This document shows, piece by piece, positions 1 through 10,869 of a stretch of 64,000 nt of DNA; the stretch's first letter is position 1; every line of letters starts with the position of its first letter. Both the position numbers and the translations under genes were made by a program. The stretch comes from Dudresnaya verticillata (taxonomy: Eukaryota): contig OZ374563.1 of NCBI GenBank assembly GCA_977862235.1, positions 1,860,001 through 1,924,000 of the forward strand. Reading direction: 5' to 3'. Below the pieces are notes generated by a model that was not told where the DNA came from, did not search any database, and worked only from the letters and a program-made list of their open reading frames with translations.

Positions 1-1959
1 AGCACCTCCGGAACTTTCTGTCATTGCGGGGTTCGCTGCGAGGAACTTGGCGTGAAGCTTCTCCTGTCGCGCCATAGCCTTCTTGAGGGACTTTAGCGCT
101 GACTTGCTCAGTTCATTACCCTCTGCATCTTTCGTAGGTAATCCTGTTTCCTCAAATGCCGAGTATTTTCCGCTGTATTGCTCTCCCTCTTTGAACATTG
201 CCTCTGGTGCTAATCGACCCTTCTCAAGGTCCTGGGCAAGCTTCGCCGCCTTTGCCGCCTTCTGCCGTTCGATTTCTTTCTTTCGCTTCTCCTCAGCCTC
301 TCGCTTTCGTTGGAGCTCCATCACCAGCGTTGATGCGTCCTCCAGTTTCCATACAGAGGCTTGATCCGTCCCACGATCTTCCAAACGCACTCCAATCGGA
401 GGTAGGACATCATCCCTAACCTTGTCGCTCAACGCCAATATCTCTCGCGTTCCCTCCGACTTCTCGACTCGAGCGATCTTCCTAACTGAATCTCTAAACT
501 CGCAAAACGCGTCCAACACAGGCCCAACAACGGATTCCCGTGACTGGCCCTCACCCGCACCACCATCCCCATAGCCAATCTCTCCGATGCTCTCACTGGA
601 AATACCGAAGACCTTAAACATTCTCGTAGCGTACCGCCCGATGCTCTCCAGAGCTGGACCATTGGGTTCCTCAACCTTCGCAGCGAGATACACGTTAGTC
701 GAACGGATGAGATTCTGTAGCTCTCGTAACGCTCCAGGTGTATCAAAATTATCTGCCAGGCAGTTGTGAATCGTGTCCTGGGCGCGTGCCAGTTCTTTGC
801 TCAGCTCCATTGCCATATCATCTGGCCTAACCTGATACGTTCTAGGGTCTTTTCGCGCAATCTCCCGTAGCCTAGCCTTGAGGTTGCCGAAGAAATCAGT
901 AAAAGAACGATCAAGGCTGATGCACTCCTCCATAGCATGTTCGGAATAGTTCATCGGGGCGTCATATCGATGACCGAGGAAGCAAAGGCGCATCTGCCGC
1001 GCATTGTATCGCTGAAGGCACTTCCGAATGGTGATGAAGTTCTTCAGTGACTTGGACATCTTCAACCCCTCAATATGCAGATGCCCAGCATGCAGAAAGT
1101 AGTTGACCCATTGATGGCAATCGTGATAGGCTTCAGCCTGAGCGACCTCGTTGGAATGGTGCGGGAAACGCAGATCTACTCCGCCAGCATGGATGTCTAT
1201 GTTAGGTCCCAAGATAGTAGATGCCATCGCTGAGCACTCAATATGCCACCCCGGTCGGCCTTCGCCCCAGGGGGAATCCCAAGAGGGCTCGCCTTCTTTG
1301 CTCTTCTTCCAAAGCACGAAATCGCCTGCGGACTTTTTCTGCGACTTGACGCACGATTCTGACGCGGTTAGCACACCTTCGCCCTCCGCAAGGAGCGCTT
1401 CGTTTCCGACAGACCAGGGTTCAAGCTTTCCATAGTTATGGCCGGCATGGACGAATCCCTTTGTGTCAAAGTAGACAGAACCGAAGCTCTCATACGCAAA
1501 CCCGTTCTTGATAATCGTCTCAATGTATTCGATAACCTCTGGAATAAACTCAGATACTCTGGTAACAAAGTCTGGGCGCTTGACGTTGAGGTTGTCCATG
1601 TCCTCCATGAACTCTGTCTCAAACATGCGGCCGATTTCCTCGAAGGGTATCCCTCGTTCATTCGCTCTCTTGATAATCTTGTCATCAATGTCCGTGACAT
1701 TCATCTGGACGATTACATCGTAGCCGAAGTAGTCACTCAGGATTCTCCTCACGACATCGAACCTTACGTAATTAGAAGCGTGGCCGACGTGGGCGGAATC
1801 GTAAACAGTCGGACCGCAAATGTACCAGGTGACTTTGTTGCCGCCGTCCTTCGGGACGAAAGGGTCTTTTTTCCCCGTGAAGCTGTTGAGTACTGTCAAC
1901 CGGCTCTTGGAAACATCGTCAGGCCCTTCCCACGGATAATACTTATTCTCTTCCGCCAT
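1..1959 (-). CDS. CARS1: Cysteinyl-tRNA synthetase, eukaryotic cytosolic type; 3' end runs off the window
   Basis: Not in the ORF track because it lacks a stop in the window. Manual minus-strand translation from ATG 1959 gives MAEENKYY...WYICGPTVYDSAHVGHA (HIGH), NVTDIDDKII, GRPGWHIECSAM, DIHAGGVDLRFPHH and KMSKSLKNF, open to position 1. Confidence 0.96.
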   Translation of the reverse strand, partial: MAEENKYYPWEGPDDVSKSRLTVLNSFTGKKDPFVPKDGGNKVTWYICGPTVYDSAHVGHASNYVRFDVVRRILSDYFGYDVIVQMNVTDIDDKIIKRANERGIPFEEIGRMFETEFMEDMDNLNVKRPDFVTRVSEFIPEVIEYIETIIKNGFAYESFGSVYFDTKGFVHAGHNYGKLEPWSVGNEALLAEGEGVLTASESCVKSQKKSAGDFVLWKKSKEGEPSWDSPWGEGRPGWHIECSAMASTILGPNIDIHAGGVDLRFPHHSNEVAQAEAYHDCHQWVNYFLHAGHLHIEGLKMSKSLKNFITIRKCLQRYNARQMRLCFLGHRYDAPMNYSEHAMEECISLDRSFTDFFGNLKARLREIARKDPRTYQVRPDDMAMELSKELARAQDTIHNCLADNFDTPGALRELQNLIRSTNVYLAAKVEEPNGPALESIGRYATRMFKVFGISSESIGEIGYGDGGAGEGQSRESVVGPVLDAFCEFRDSVRKIARVEKSEGTREILALSDKVRDDVLPPIGVRLEDRGTDQASVWKLEDASTLVMELQRKREAEEKRKKEIERQKAAKAAKLAQDLEKGRLAPEAMFKEGEQYSGKYSAFEETGLPTKDAEGNELSKSALKSLKKAMARQEKLHAKFLAANPAMTESSGGA

Positions 1960-2486
1960 GACTGCCGACAGCGATTGTTGAACGCACCAGAAAGAGAACA
2001 GGGGTTCAGAAACGAAGCGGTAGGCGAGAGCTCAGAAGGATGCGTGTAGAAGGGTGAGAAAAGTGTACTCTTCTCAAGCGCGACGAGCTCCTTGGCCGCT
2101 TTTCGCTGTCTTAAGTGTCGCCAAGCGTAATGCGTTGGCCGCTGAGAGTGACGACTTGGGCTGCAAATGGGGTGAGCAGACGAGCTCGGATGACCGGCGC
2201 CGGCGGTGACAGCGGTGCTACGGGGGCAAAATGGGGGCCGGCTCAAGGATTCAATCACCAAGAAGGGCAGCGAACGAAACGAAAACAGCGATGCAATTTT
2301 CACCCCTCGCACTCATGTCAACTCAATACTCGTGCGCCGCGTCGCACGGCAATTTCGGCACAACCCCGGACCAGCGCGATCTTCTCCTCCGCTGACACCA
2401 CTGCTGATCCCCTCCGGCACCAACCTTGCTGCTCCGCGCGGGGTCGTGCACGCCGGCCGCCATCCCGGCTACAACCTCAATCCGCC

Positions 2487-4937
2487 ATGGTGGGGCCGCG
2501 CGTTCCGGACGCCTCTCCGTCCACGCCATCCGCGCTTTCCGAGCTGGTGGGGAGCCTGAGCGCGGATGCGTCGCTGCGCGTCTTCCTCGACCCGGACTTC
2601 AAGCCGGAATCGCACGTCGGCCACGCCGTGCGCTCTGACCGCGTCGCAGCCGCGCTGGAGGACGCCCAGCGCGCTTCTTCGCTGCTGACAGCGAACGTGC
2701 GACAGGAGGTGATCCGTCGGAAGGAGGCGCTTCTGGCGGAAGTGGAGGCTGTGGATGCGCTGGAAAAGGAGGTCGCGACCGTGTCCACGGGTGTCGCGGG
2801 GCTCACCTCCGCCACGGAAGCGCTTTCCGACGCCCTGCAAGCCCCGTTCGCACCCATGGCGGCGGCTGTTGGCCGCATGCGCAACCTCACCGCCGCCGCC
2901 GACTTGCTCCGCGCGCTGCAGCGATTCCGCATCTGCACTGCTCATCTGACCGAGGCAGGGCTCTTCCCGGTGATCGGGCTGGCATCGGCCACCACCCCCC
3001 GTAACCTTCCGCCCGCTGCCGCGGCGATCCGCGAGCTTGAAGAACTGACTGGGCCGTCCGGTCCGCAGGGGCTGGACAAGGTGGATGGCGTTGCGAAGGA
3101 CATTATTGCCGTGCGGAAAGCAAGCAATGAGTTGCGGAAGCGTGCGGCGCAGATATTGAAGACTGGACTTGCTACCAGAGCCCAGATCGATGTTGAAGCC
3201 GCTGTCACTGCGTTTGCATCGCTAAATTTGTTGCACGACCGCGTCAACACTGAGATGGCGCGCCTCTCGCGCGAGACGCAGACTGCTGTACATCGTGGAT
3301 TTGAGGCTCCGCAAGGGGCTTCCCTTCCTTCGCGTGGTGCGCCCCGGCGAATGCTTCCCGGGATGGGTGGTTCATCTGGGGCTGGCGCACTGGATGTCTG
3401 GGCGAATGTGGACAAGATGTTCCTAACAGTTGCAGACTCATGCTTCAAAGCGATTTTGCTTCAGCAAGTATTGTCGAGGAAGTACAGCGATATCACGCAC
3501 ATGTCTCTTCTCCACGACACGATTGCTTCGAACTTTATTGATGCCGTGTCAAGGACTATGGCGGAGCAGGTTTCGATCACGTCACGCACAAGAATGCAAC
3601 GTCCTGCCGCGGCATACGTTTTCCTTGCGCTAGCAGAGGGGTATCCAAAGCTGAAGTCGTCACTCATGGACATGGCTTCTCGGGTGAGCGCCCCGGCGCG
3701 GGTATTGCCAATGCCAATCACGAAGATCAGTTCCAATGCAAAGCTACCTTTGATCCCTGATCATGAGTTCATTCAGAAGTCCTTCTTTGGTGCCTTCGTG
3801 GAAGTGGAGACACATTATCTCTCTGCTTCCTTGGAACGTCTAACCGCGACCGTCTCTTCATTTTACGACGGTGGGAAGAACGCCGGCGAAACGGAGGCTT
3901 TGACCCTAACGAAGGCTCTTGCTGCCGAGCTTTCAGCTGCGCGGGGTGATAAGCAGTTGTTCCATACGGCAATCAACAATGCTGCGACTGCACTTCGGTT
4001 GTATGCAAGTCATGCGGAAGATTACGCTGCAGCAACTGCGCCTGATGACGACTTCAGTGAAAAGGTTTTGGGAGAAGTGGAGGAATGGCGTCTGACGAGC
4101 CTATACAACGGAATTGTATCGTTGTCTGTATCGGCAGGCCGAGTTCTCGGTGAACGCGAAGACGGCTCAGGGCTGATTCCGCAGCCAATCGACAAGGAAT
4201 TGACCACCTTACGGCGCCTAGGCGATCTTCTGCTTGATGGTCCTTTTTCAACTTGTAGGAGTAACGTGCGCACAGTCTTGAAACGAATGCATACCGAGGA
4301 CCTAACTGGGGAAGGGGGTGAGGATGGATGCAGCGTTTACGTGATGGACATCACGGCACAACTCTCGCTGTTTGCGAACGGCATCATTCCAGGTTTGGCC
4401 CGCTCTCGTTCTCTAGGGACGAATACACTGGATTTGGCAAAATGGGTGTTGAATTCATTTGTTGGCAACGTCGCTCTTGTGTTCCCGCAGTCGGAAGCGG
4501 TCAAGATGAGACTATCCACAGATATGGCAAGAATTGAACTTGCTGTGGAGAGTTTGTGCCCCGCGCGGCTCCTCGGTGAGAGCTTTCACTGTCTTCGGGC
4601 CTTGAGAACTGCGATTTTGTTACCGACCGAATCGTTTGTTAAGATGGATGACGAGATCTTTGAACAGCTTCGCGCTCTCAAGCCCTCGACGATTGGCCAC
4701 TTGCTCCTTGCTCGTTCGAGTGAGGATAGTTTACGGCATCCACATCGTATCCAAGGGAAAGCTGCGGATGAGTATGTCTCCTGGTTGGACAGTCATTCTG
4801 AAGACGAGGCGTGGACATCGGTGCAGGCTGCGCTCGGGAAGTATACGGATGCAAAAGACTCTGGCACTGGCTCAGTACCCGAATACGATGCAATAGTTGC
4901 GATATGCTCCAGGCTACGAAAGTGTAAAGATAAATAA
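2487..4937 (+). CDS. COG5: Conserved oligomeric Golgi complex subunit 5
   Basis: N-terminal FLDPDF..LL..VRQEV..LL coiled coil; C-terminal GCSVY, KMRLSTDMARIELAVESLC, LRALR and YVSWLDSHSEDEAW motifs. Start placed at gccATGG 2487 inside the 2115-4937 ORF. Confidence 0.85.
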   Translation: MVGPRVPDASPSTPSALSELVGSLSADASLRVFLDPDFKPESHVGHAVRSDRVAAALEDAQRASSLLTANVRQEVIRRKEALLAEVEAVDALEKEVATVSTGVAGLTSATEALSDALQAPFAPMAAAVGRMRNLTAAADLLRALQRFRICTAHLTEAGLFPVIGLASATTPRNLPPAAAAIRELEELTGPSGPQGLDKVDGVAKDIIAVRKASNELRKRAAQILKTGLATRAQIDVEAAVTAFASLNLLHDRVNTEMARLSRETQTAVHRGFEAPQGASLPSRGAPRRMLPGMGGSSGAGALDVWANVDKMFLTVADSCFKAILLQQVLSRKYSDITHMSLLHDTIASNFIDAVSRTMAEQVSITSRTRMQRPAAAYVFLALAEGYPKLKSSLMDMASRVSAPARVLPMPITKISSNAKLPLIPDHEFIQKSFFGAFVEVETHYLSASLERLTATVSSFYDGGKNAGETEALTLTKALAAELSAARGDKQLFHTAINNAATALRLYASHAEDYAAATAPDDDFSEKVLGEVEEWRLTSLYNGIVSLSVSAGRVLGEREDGSGLIPQPIDKELTTLRRLGDLLLDGPFSTCRSNVRTVLKRMHTEDLTGEGGEDGCSVYVMDITAQLSLFANGIIPGLARSRSLGTNTLDLAKWVLNSFVGNVALVFPQSEAVKMRLSTDMARIELAVESLCPARLLGESFHCLRALRTAILLPTESFVKMDDEIFEQLRALKPSTIGHLLLARSSEDSLRHPHRIQGKAADEYVSWLDSHSEDEAWTSVQAALGKYTDAKDSGTGSVPEYDAIVAICSRLRKCKDK

Positions 4938-5374
4938 CAAGCGGCTTTGTCAACGCTCTGCACATGCAATAAGTCAGCTGGTGTCAGTCCAAACCATTTG
5001 GAGGAGGTTTCATGGCCAAAACGGATTCCCTTCAGTACCCCGTGGCGCACTGGACATACCTCAACTTCCACAGTAATATCGTAGTAACGTGGGGATACGG
5101 AAAAAGGAAGGCAGGAAGGCTTTCTTTGTGCAAAAACATCTCAATTAAACTTTGAAGTTGCTTGCACATAGCTCCAGATAGCTCCAGATTGCCTTCTCTG
5201 TCGTCCAGATGATGAAGGGTTACACCAATGGAGTCTTGAACCGAAGGGCCAGACAACCTGCTGTAGGCAGGTCCGAGCCACCCACGATTGCTAGTTGGAG
5301 AGCGGGGCAGGGTTTATCTTAAACCGTTGCCAGGTTCAGTCACCGTGATGGCTTGCGAGGTTCTATTGCTGCCA

Positions 5375-7132
5375 TTAATCGTCGAGGTCTACGACTATAG
5401 ATGCTGGCTGACGACGCTGCTCAACAAAAACTTGAGTTGTATCGTCAACATCCACATCAAATACGTTTTCAGCCTTGCGTGCCGATTGCATGTTTCGACG
5501 GTTTGAAGAGGATGCGAGTCGTCGACTAGGGTAAGGCGGCCCAGAGTGCTTAGGCGCATCATCACGGCCTGAGGACAATGTTTCTACGGTATCATCAATT
5601 CTGTATGATAATCTTCGTTCTGGCTCCTCGGATGCAACTTTTCTTCTCTTTGACGCGGGGTTGCCAACTTTTCTGTCATTAAGTCTGGCGGAACCTCGTC
5701 GCCCCTCCGGCGTGGACGCGTTAAGGTCTGGCGGAGTCGAAGGTTTGACTGTGTTCAGGGTAAAACTGGGGTACGCGCGTTCCGGCTGCCTTTCCGGCTG
5801 CCTTTCCGGGGAGCTGTAGCACAGCTCTGGGTGGTGTTCCAGATGGCGCGCGTTGCCCTCCGGCTCAAACTCGCTGGAGCTGTCCACGGCGTCCACGTCC
5901 ACAGCACCGTTGGCATACCCATTGGTAACGTCATATTCGGGCGGAGTGTACCCCATGGCGGCGGGGTCGCCAGGATCTTCGTCGGGCTCCGGCAACGGAC
6001 TACGCGAGCTCTCTCGTAGCTCGGTGCCGTCAAGGCGATAGCCCTTGCGCAGGCGGAAGAACTGGGCCAGTAGCGGGTATTTTGTGGCGTCGATTCGGCG
6101 ACGAATGCACTCGCCCAGCGACAGGTGGGGATCGTCGTGGTCCGACGAGGATAACTCCTCCTCGTCCTGTTCCTCTTCCTCTACTTGTTCTTCCTTGACC
6201 GGCGTACCCTGCTTCTTGGCAGCCCTGTGTAAGGCATGCTCCAAGTTGTGAAACGACACCGACTCGGACAAAATACAATGCGACTGGGCGGCGACACTGC
6301 GCAAGGCGTTCAACAACGGGTCGCTCTCCGAGCGAAAGTGGGTCGCGGCAAGCTCTGCAACGTGTAGGGCCTTCCGGGAGAGGACGAGGGCGGCTTTTTC
6401 CGGGGTGATGGCAACCACACCTGTGTCATAACCGTTGCAGGGGGCGCTGGGGCGGTGTGCAGGCTTTGCGGGACTATGCACAGCCGGGCCAAAGGTAGCA
6501 GCATCGTACAACGAAACGTTGACATACTCGTGGGCACCAGCGGGAGCAGCAGGGTCGGGGTGGTTCCCGGCGGGGTGGCTCCCGGCGTGCTCTGCGTCGC
6601 CAATGTCCCTGAGCAGGGCCGCAACGGCAGTCCTGAGCCGGGCACACTGGTGGTGCAGCGCGGCCTCGACTGCAGCGCAGGCGGCGACAGCGGGGAGCAG
6701 TGCGGCGACTGCGCGGCGCGGGCGTTTCGGGCGGCGCAGGCGGGCGCGCGGGCGCGGACGGGGCGGGGAGGGTGCAGAGGCGGGTGCGAGACGGCGCGGG
6801 CGCGGACGCGGGGCGGGCTGGCGCGCATAGGCGGCGGCGGCGGCGCGCACGGCTGCGACGGCGTCGGCGGCGGGCGGGAAGAGGGCGGCCGGGGGGGTGC
6901 GGCGGGGGTGCTTGTGCTTGGGCGCGCGCTGGCGGCCCTGCCAGCGCGCGCGCTCCGCGTCGGCGGCCGGGGCGCACAGGGCGAGGTAGGCGGCGTCCGA
7001 CGTGTCGTCCGACGACGCGCCCGACTCGTCCGGCGGCGGCGGGCGCGACGGGACGAACGGGCGCCAGGTTGGCGTGACGATCTCTGCGTGCGGCGCGCGG
7101 CGCGGCGGCGGCGGCGGCGGCGGCGGCGGCAT
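5375..7132 (-). CDS. Low-complexity nuclear protein with N-terminal PEHE-like motif (MSL1/KANSL1-like) and C-terminal SIM-like motifs
   Basis: EIVTPTWR...DDTSDAAYLALCAPAADAERARW resembles the PEHE core. Basic NLS-like KRRK; VFDVDVDD and IVVDLDD at the C-terminus. Start placed at MPPPP (7132). Confidence 0.6.
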   Translation of the reverse strand: MPPPPPPPPPRRAPHAEIVTPTWRPFVPSRPPPPDESGASSDDTSDAAYLALCAPAADAERARWQGRQRAPKHKHPRRTPPAALFPPAADAVAAVRAAAAAYARQPAPRPRPRRLAPASAPSPPRPRPRARLRRPKRPRRAVAALLPAVAACAAVEAALHHQCARLRTAVAALLRDIGDAEHAGSHPAGNHPDPAAPAGAHEYVNVSLYDAATFGPAVHSPAKPAHRPSAPCNGYDTGVVAITPEKAALVLSRKALHVAELAATHFRSESDPLLNALRSVAAQSHCILSESVSFHNLEHALHRAAKKQGTPVKEEQVEEEEQDEEELSSSDHDDPHLSLGECIRRRIDATKYPLLAQFFRLRKGYRLDGTELRESSRSPLPEPDEDPGDPAAMGYTPPEYDVTNGYANGAVDVDAVDSSSEFEPEGNARHLEHHPELCYSSPERQPERQPERAYPSFTLNTVKPSTPPDLNASTPEGRRGSARLNDRKVGNPASKRRKVASEEPERRLSYRIDDTVETLSSGRDDAPKHSGPPYPSRRLASSSNRRNMQSARKAENVFDVDVDDTTQVFVEQRRQPASIVVDLDD

Positions 7133-7614
7133 CGCGGGGCGGACGCGGGCGGCGGCGCGCGGGGGTGCGCGGTGTGTTGCTGGTGTAACTGTGATGGGGA
7201 AGACGCGCGATGGGAGTTGTTTGCGCAGAGGTTGAGCTAATGAGCGATAGCCAAGGAGCGAGAAAACAACGTTTTCCCAGAAAGCTCTGTCTGCGAGCGG
7301 CGATCCGCTCCCGGAGGCGCCCGCCACGCCGTGACGCGTGTTCCACGTGGCCACGGCGCCACGTTTCCACAGTGCCACGTCGCCCCTCCTGAATCATGAC
7401 AGTAGGGCTTACACCTTACGCTGCTGGCGTCATCGGCGCTGAGGAGCGGACCGATCGTCGCGGCAATAGTGCCTCCTCCACGCCCCCACGCGGCTCCCCG
7501 CGACGCCCGCGACGCCCGCGTCCCCCCTCCCCCCTCCCCGCGACGCCCGCGTCCCCCCTCCCCCCTCCCCGCGACGCCCGCGTCCCCCCTCGCCACCCAC
7601 CGCCGTGCCGCGCC

Positions 7615-10104
7615 ATGGCCGTGCTGATCACCGCGCTGCAGGCCTGGGCCGTCGTGTTCGCCCTGCTCAAGGCGCTGGAGCACTTCTCCGGCGGAAAGCT
7701 CTCGCCCTTCCTCTCCGCGCGGGACATCCACCTCCACTTCTGCTTCGTCTCCTTCCACACCACCCTGCTCAACTCCCCCATCGAGGCCCTCGCGCGCCGC
7801 CGCCGCCGCCCTCTCACGTACTGGTTCTCCATCGGCGTCTTCTTCGGCTTGGTCGGCCTGGTTCTCTCGCTGCTGCTCCTCTCCTCCAACGTCTACCTAA
7901 CCCTGCTCGACGCCCTGCGCCCGCTGCCCGCCCCGCCGCCGGCCCACCCGCCCGCGTACCGCCACCCGCAGCCGCCGCCGCACACGGCCGCGTCCGCCGC
8001 TGCCCTCGCGCGCGCCACCCTGCGCGGCCCGTCCGCCCGCATCCCCTTCCTGCACGCCGCCCCGCGCCCGTGGTGGGTCCCGGCCCCGCTCTGGGCCCGC
8101 ATCGCCCCACGCGACCACTCCGCCTGGCACTCGCACGCCCTCACCCGCGCAGCCCGCGACCTCGCCTCGCCCCATCTCCTCAACCCCACCCGCCGCTACT
8201 CGGTCCCGTACGGACATGCAGACCCTAGCGCCTTCCGCCGCCACCGCCGCCGCCACCGCCGCGGCCCTGGCCCCGGCCACGGCCCTGGCCACGGCCCCGG
8301 CCCCGGCCCCGGTCCGCATCATCACGGGCGCCCGCCCCCACACTCCGGTCCCCACCCCGGCAAGAAACCCTGCCGAAGAAGACACCCACAGACCCCATGG
8401 CGCACCAACGCGGATGCGCTTCCTGCACCCGCCGACCGCGACCACCGCGGAAGCAGTCGTGACGGCTCCCGCATTGTCGTGCCGCCCCCGGGCGCTGTCG
8501 ACGATAATAATGACCAGGACGATGTCGACGACGACGAGGAGGAGAGGGACTTGGTGCAGAACGGCGACAAGTCCGAGATCACCATCTCTTGGCGCCGGAA
8601 ACCTCCGCAGGACGCCAATGCGTCCACCATGCAGATCCCCTCTGTGGCCCGCTTCCAGGCCGTGCCAAACGCGTCCGAGACCCACCATGATCACTTTGAC
8701 GACGGTCACGCCCTTCCCAACCCGGGCGGCACACACGGTCAGCAGGAGGCACCGTCGCGCAGCTCGTTCCTCACCCCGCTCGTCCCAGGCGTCACCGTAC
8801 CCCCAGGCGACCTGTGGTATATGATTGCGGCCGTTCTCATCGCGGCAGTCGTGCACGAACTGGGCCACGCGCTCGCTGCGGGCATGCAGAATGCGCGCGT
8901 CAGCGGCGTGGGCGGCTTTGTCGCCCTAGCGCTCCCCGGTGCGTACGTGCAGCTCACCGGCATCGAGGACCTGTCCATCTTTGCACAGCTACGCGTGTAC
9001 TGTGCCGGTGCGTGGCACAACCTTGTCGCGGCCTTTGTCGCCCTCGCCGCTGTCGGATGGCTCCCGCTCGTCATGTCTGGCGGATACCACACCTCCTCCG
9101 GCGCCCTGGTCGTGTCGGTGCCCGAACTCTCTGCGTTGGTGGGGCACGTTGAGCCTGGTGATGTGATCCTCAAGCTCGGAAAGTTTGACGTGACAGATGG
9201 TGGGCCTTCGTTTCGCCGCGCAGTCAGCAATCTCATACTGACAAACGATTCGGTCGGCTTTTGCGTTTCGGAGGACTTGTACCGCAACTTCTCCAAACCG
9301 CGCTCCACCTGCTGCGATGAGGCGGTTATGCAAAACGTGGACATGAGCGTCGAGATGAAACACAAGTGTTTTCGCGTAGAGGGAATTGAACGCCGCACTT
9401 CATGCATTGACACGGCGGTCGTGTCAATACAACCCACGTGTCGGGCAACGCTCGAGTGCTCGCGCCAGCGAGTCCCGAGAAACTCAGGCGGTGTGACATT
9501 CTCGCGGCGAGAGGGCCCCGAGGTGCCGCAGAACGGCGCTGCTGGGCTCCGACTCGATACTGTCAATCGTGTCGCGGCACCAGTAGCTCCGGGGCTGCCA
9601 AGCGAGGGTAGTTTATTGCCAGAAGCAGAAGAAGATGAGCGTAGCAAGGCGAGCTGCTTCATCCCGGTTTTGCCACAACGGCAGCAGCTTGTAGACATTC
9701 GTGTGCGAGGGGCGCGAACGGGAGAGACTGTGCACTTTTTCTACCAAGGGTATCCGGAGGTGCTCGGGCAGTCTGTGACGGTGTCGAGCTACATTCCGCG
9801 AATATGGTATATGGCGCCATACTCCGTGCTACAGGCGGTTGCAATATTGGACATACCAAACATGATTGAGAGATTATTGCAGTACCTGTCCAGTATCTCT
9901 CTAGCGCTGGCGATCTTGAACATGGCACCCGTGTTCTTCTTGGATGGGGAGGTTTCGTCGATTTTGTTCGTGCGATTGTTTGCGCCGCGCATGTCGCACC
10001 AAAGTGCGGCTGTTGCAAAACAGGTCATCGTGTGTACAGGGTCTGTGTTATTGGTTTTGAACATTCTTACTTCGTTGCTTGAGGTGGAAGCGTGGCAGTC
10101 ATAG
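7615..10104 (+). CDS. MBTPS2: Membrane-bound transcription factor site-2 protease (M50 intramembrane metalloprotease)
   Basis: VVHELGHALA (HExxH), RVYCAGAWHN and LNMAPVFFLDGE (NxxPxxxLDG); PDZ-like segment VEPGDVILKLG; Cys-rich insert; several TM helices; gccATGG at 7615. Confidence 0.92.
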   Translation: MAVLITALQAWAVVFALLKALEHFSGGKLSPFLSARDIHLHFCFVSFHTTLLNSPIEALARRRRRPLTYWFSIGVFFGLVGLVLSLLLLSSNVYLTLLDALRPLPAPPPAHPPAYRHPQPPPHTAASAAALARATLRGPSARIPFLHAAPRPWWVPAPLWARIAPRDHSAWHSHALTRAARDLASPHLLNPTRRYSVPYGHADPSAFRRHRRRHRRGPGPGHGPGHGPGPGPGPHHHGRPPPHSGPHPGKKPCRRRHPQTPWRTNADALPAPADRDHRGSSRDGSRIVVPPPGAVDDNNDQDDVDDDEEERDLVQNGDKSEITISWRRKPPQDANASTMQIPSVARFQAVPNASETHHDHFDDGHALPNPGGTHGQQEAPSRSSFLTPLVPGVTVPPGDLWYMIAAVLIAAVVHELGHALAAGMQNARVSGVGGFVALALPGAYVQLTGIEDLSIFAQLRVYCAGAWHNLVAAFVALAAVGWLPLVMSGGYHTSSGALVVSVPELSALVGHVEPGDVILKLGKFDVTDGGPSFRRAVSNLILTNDSVGFCVSEDLYRNFSKPRSTCCDEAVMQNVDMSVEMKHKCFRVEGIERRTSCIDTAVVSIQPTCRATLECSRQRVPRNSGGVTFSRREGPEVPQNGAAGLRLDTVNRVAAPVAPGLPSEGSLLPEAEEDERSKASCFIPVLPQRQQLVDIRVRGARTGETVHFFYQGYPEVLGQSVTVSSYIPRIWYMAPYSVLQAVAILDIPNMIERLLQYLSSISLALAILNMAPVFFLDGEVSSILFVRLFAPRMSHQSAAVAKQVIVCTGSVLLVLNILTSLLEVEAWQS

Positions 10105-10329
10105 CACGAGGGAATGGGTTGACATTGTGAGTGGGGGATACCTTTCCGCACAAGTTCAACAGTGACCGGTGAACAGAAGAAAACGGACTACAAGCCGTGT
10201 ACAGCAATCCGACAAGTATATGAGCGAGAGTTTGCGAGGCGAAGCAATAAAATGTACATAACAGTTTATCTATTCTCACACACAGGCACAAAGACAAAGC
10301 TCGGGCATAACGGCGGAGCGGGCGTGGCG

Positions 10330-10869
10330 CTAAATGGTGCCATAAGGGCTGCCAATGCTCTGACTGGACTGGACAAAGGCCGAAAAGAGCGAGAGGGTAA
10401 GGATGATGGCGACCCAGAAGCGCCAGTCGCGGAACAGCTGCTGGCGAGACGGGACGTTTTTGGTGGCTTCGCGAATCTTGTTGACGGTGCGGGTGCGCGC
10501 CAGCTCCTCCTTGGAGACGGGCTCGCGGCCGCTGGGAGCCATGGAGCGCATGCCGTCCGACTGGAACTTGTTCCACTCCGAGTTCCAGTCGACGGCGCTC
10601 TGTGGGATGTCGTGCTCGTCCTTGGCGCCGTCCGCGCCCTCTGCGCCCTCTGCACCCTCTGCACCCGCCTCGCCCGCCTCGCCCGCCTCGCCCGCCTCGC
10701 CTGGCGCCTCGCCCGGCGGCGGCGTTGCCGCGCAGGGCTCCCACCGCACGCGGCGCGTCAGCCGCGCCGGCCGCGCGGGCCGCACTGCGCGCGCAGCCAC
10801 GGGTCGGCTGCGCAGCGCGTGGGCGGCACGGCACGGCAGCGGCGACGCCGCGGCGAAGCACGGCTGCAT
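10330..10869 (-). CDS. Hypothetical plastid-targeted membrane protein
   Basis: MQPCFAAASPL then an Ala/Arg-rich transit-peptide-like region, GEA repeats, DWNSEWNKF, and a C-terminal TM helix (DWRFWVAIILTLSLFSAFV). Confidence 0.6.
   Translation of the reverse strand: MQPCFAAASPLPCRAAHALRSRPVAARAVRPARPARLTRRVRWEPCAATPPPGEAPGEAGEAGEAGEAGAEGAEGAEGADGAKDEHDIPQSAVDWNSEWNKFQSDGMRSMAPSGREPVSKEELARTRTVNKIREATKNVPSRQQLFRDWRFWVAIILTLSLFSAFVQSSQSIGSPYGTI

Noticed and set aside
1438..2049. 203-aa plus-strand ORF
   Set aside because: Antisense shadow of the Cys-tRNA ligase gene.
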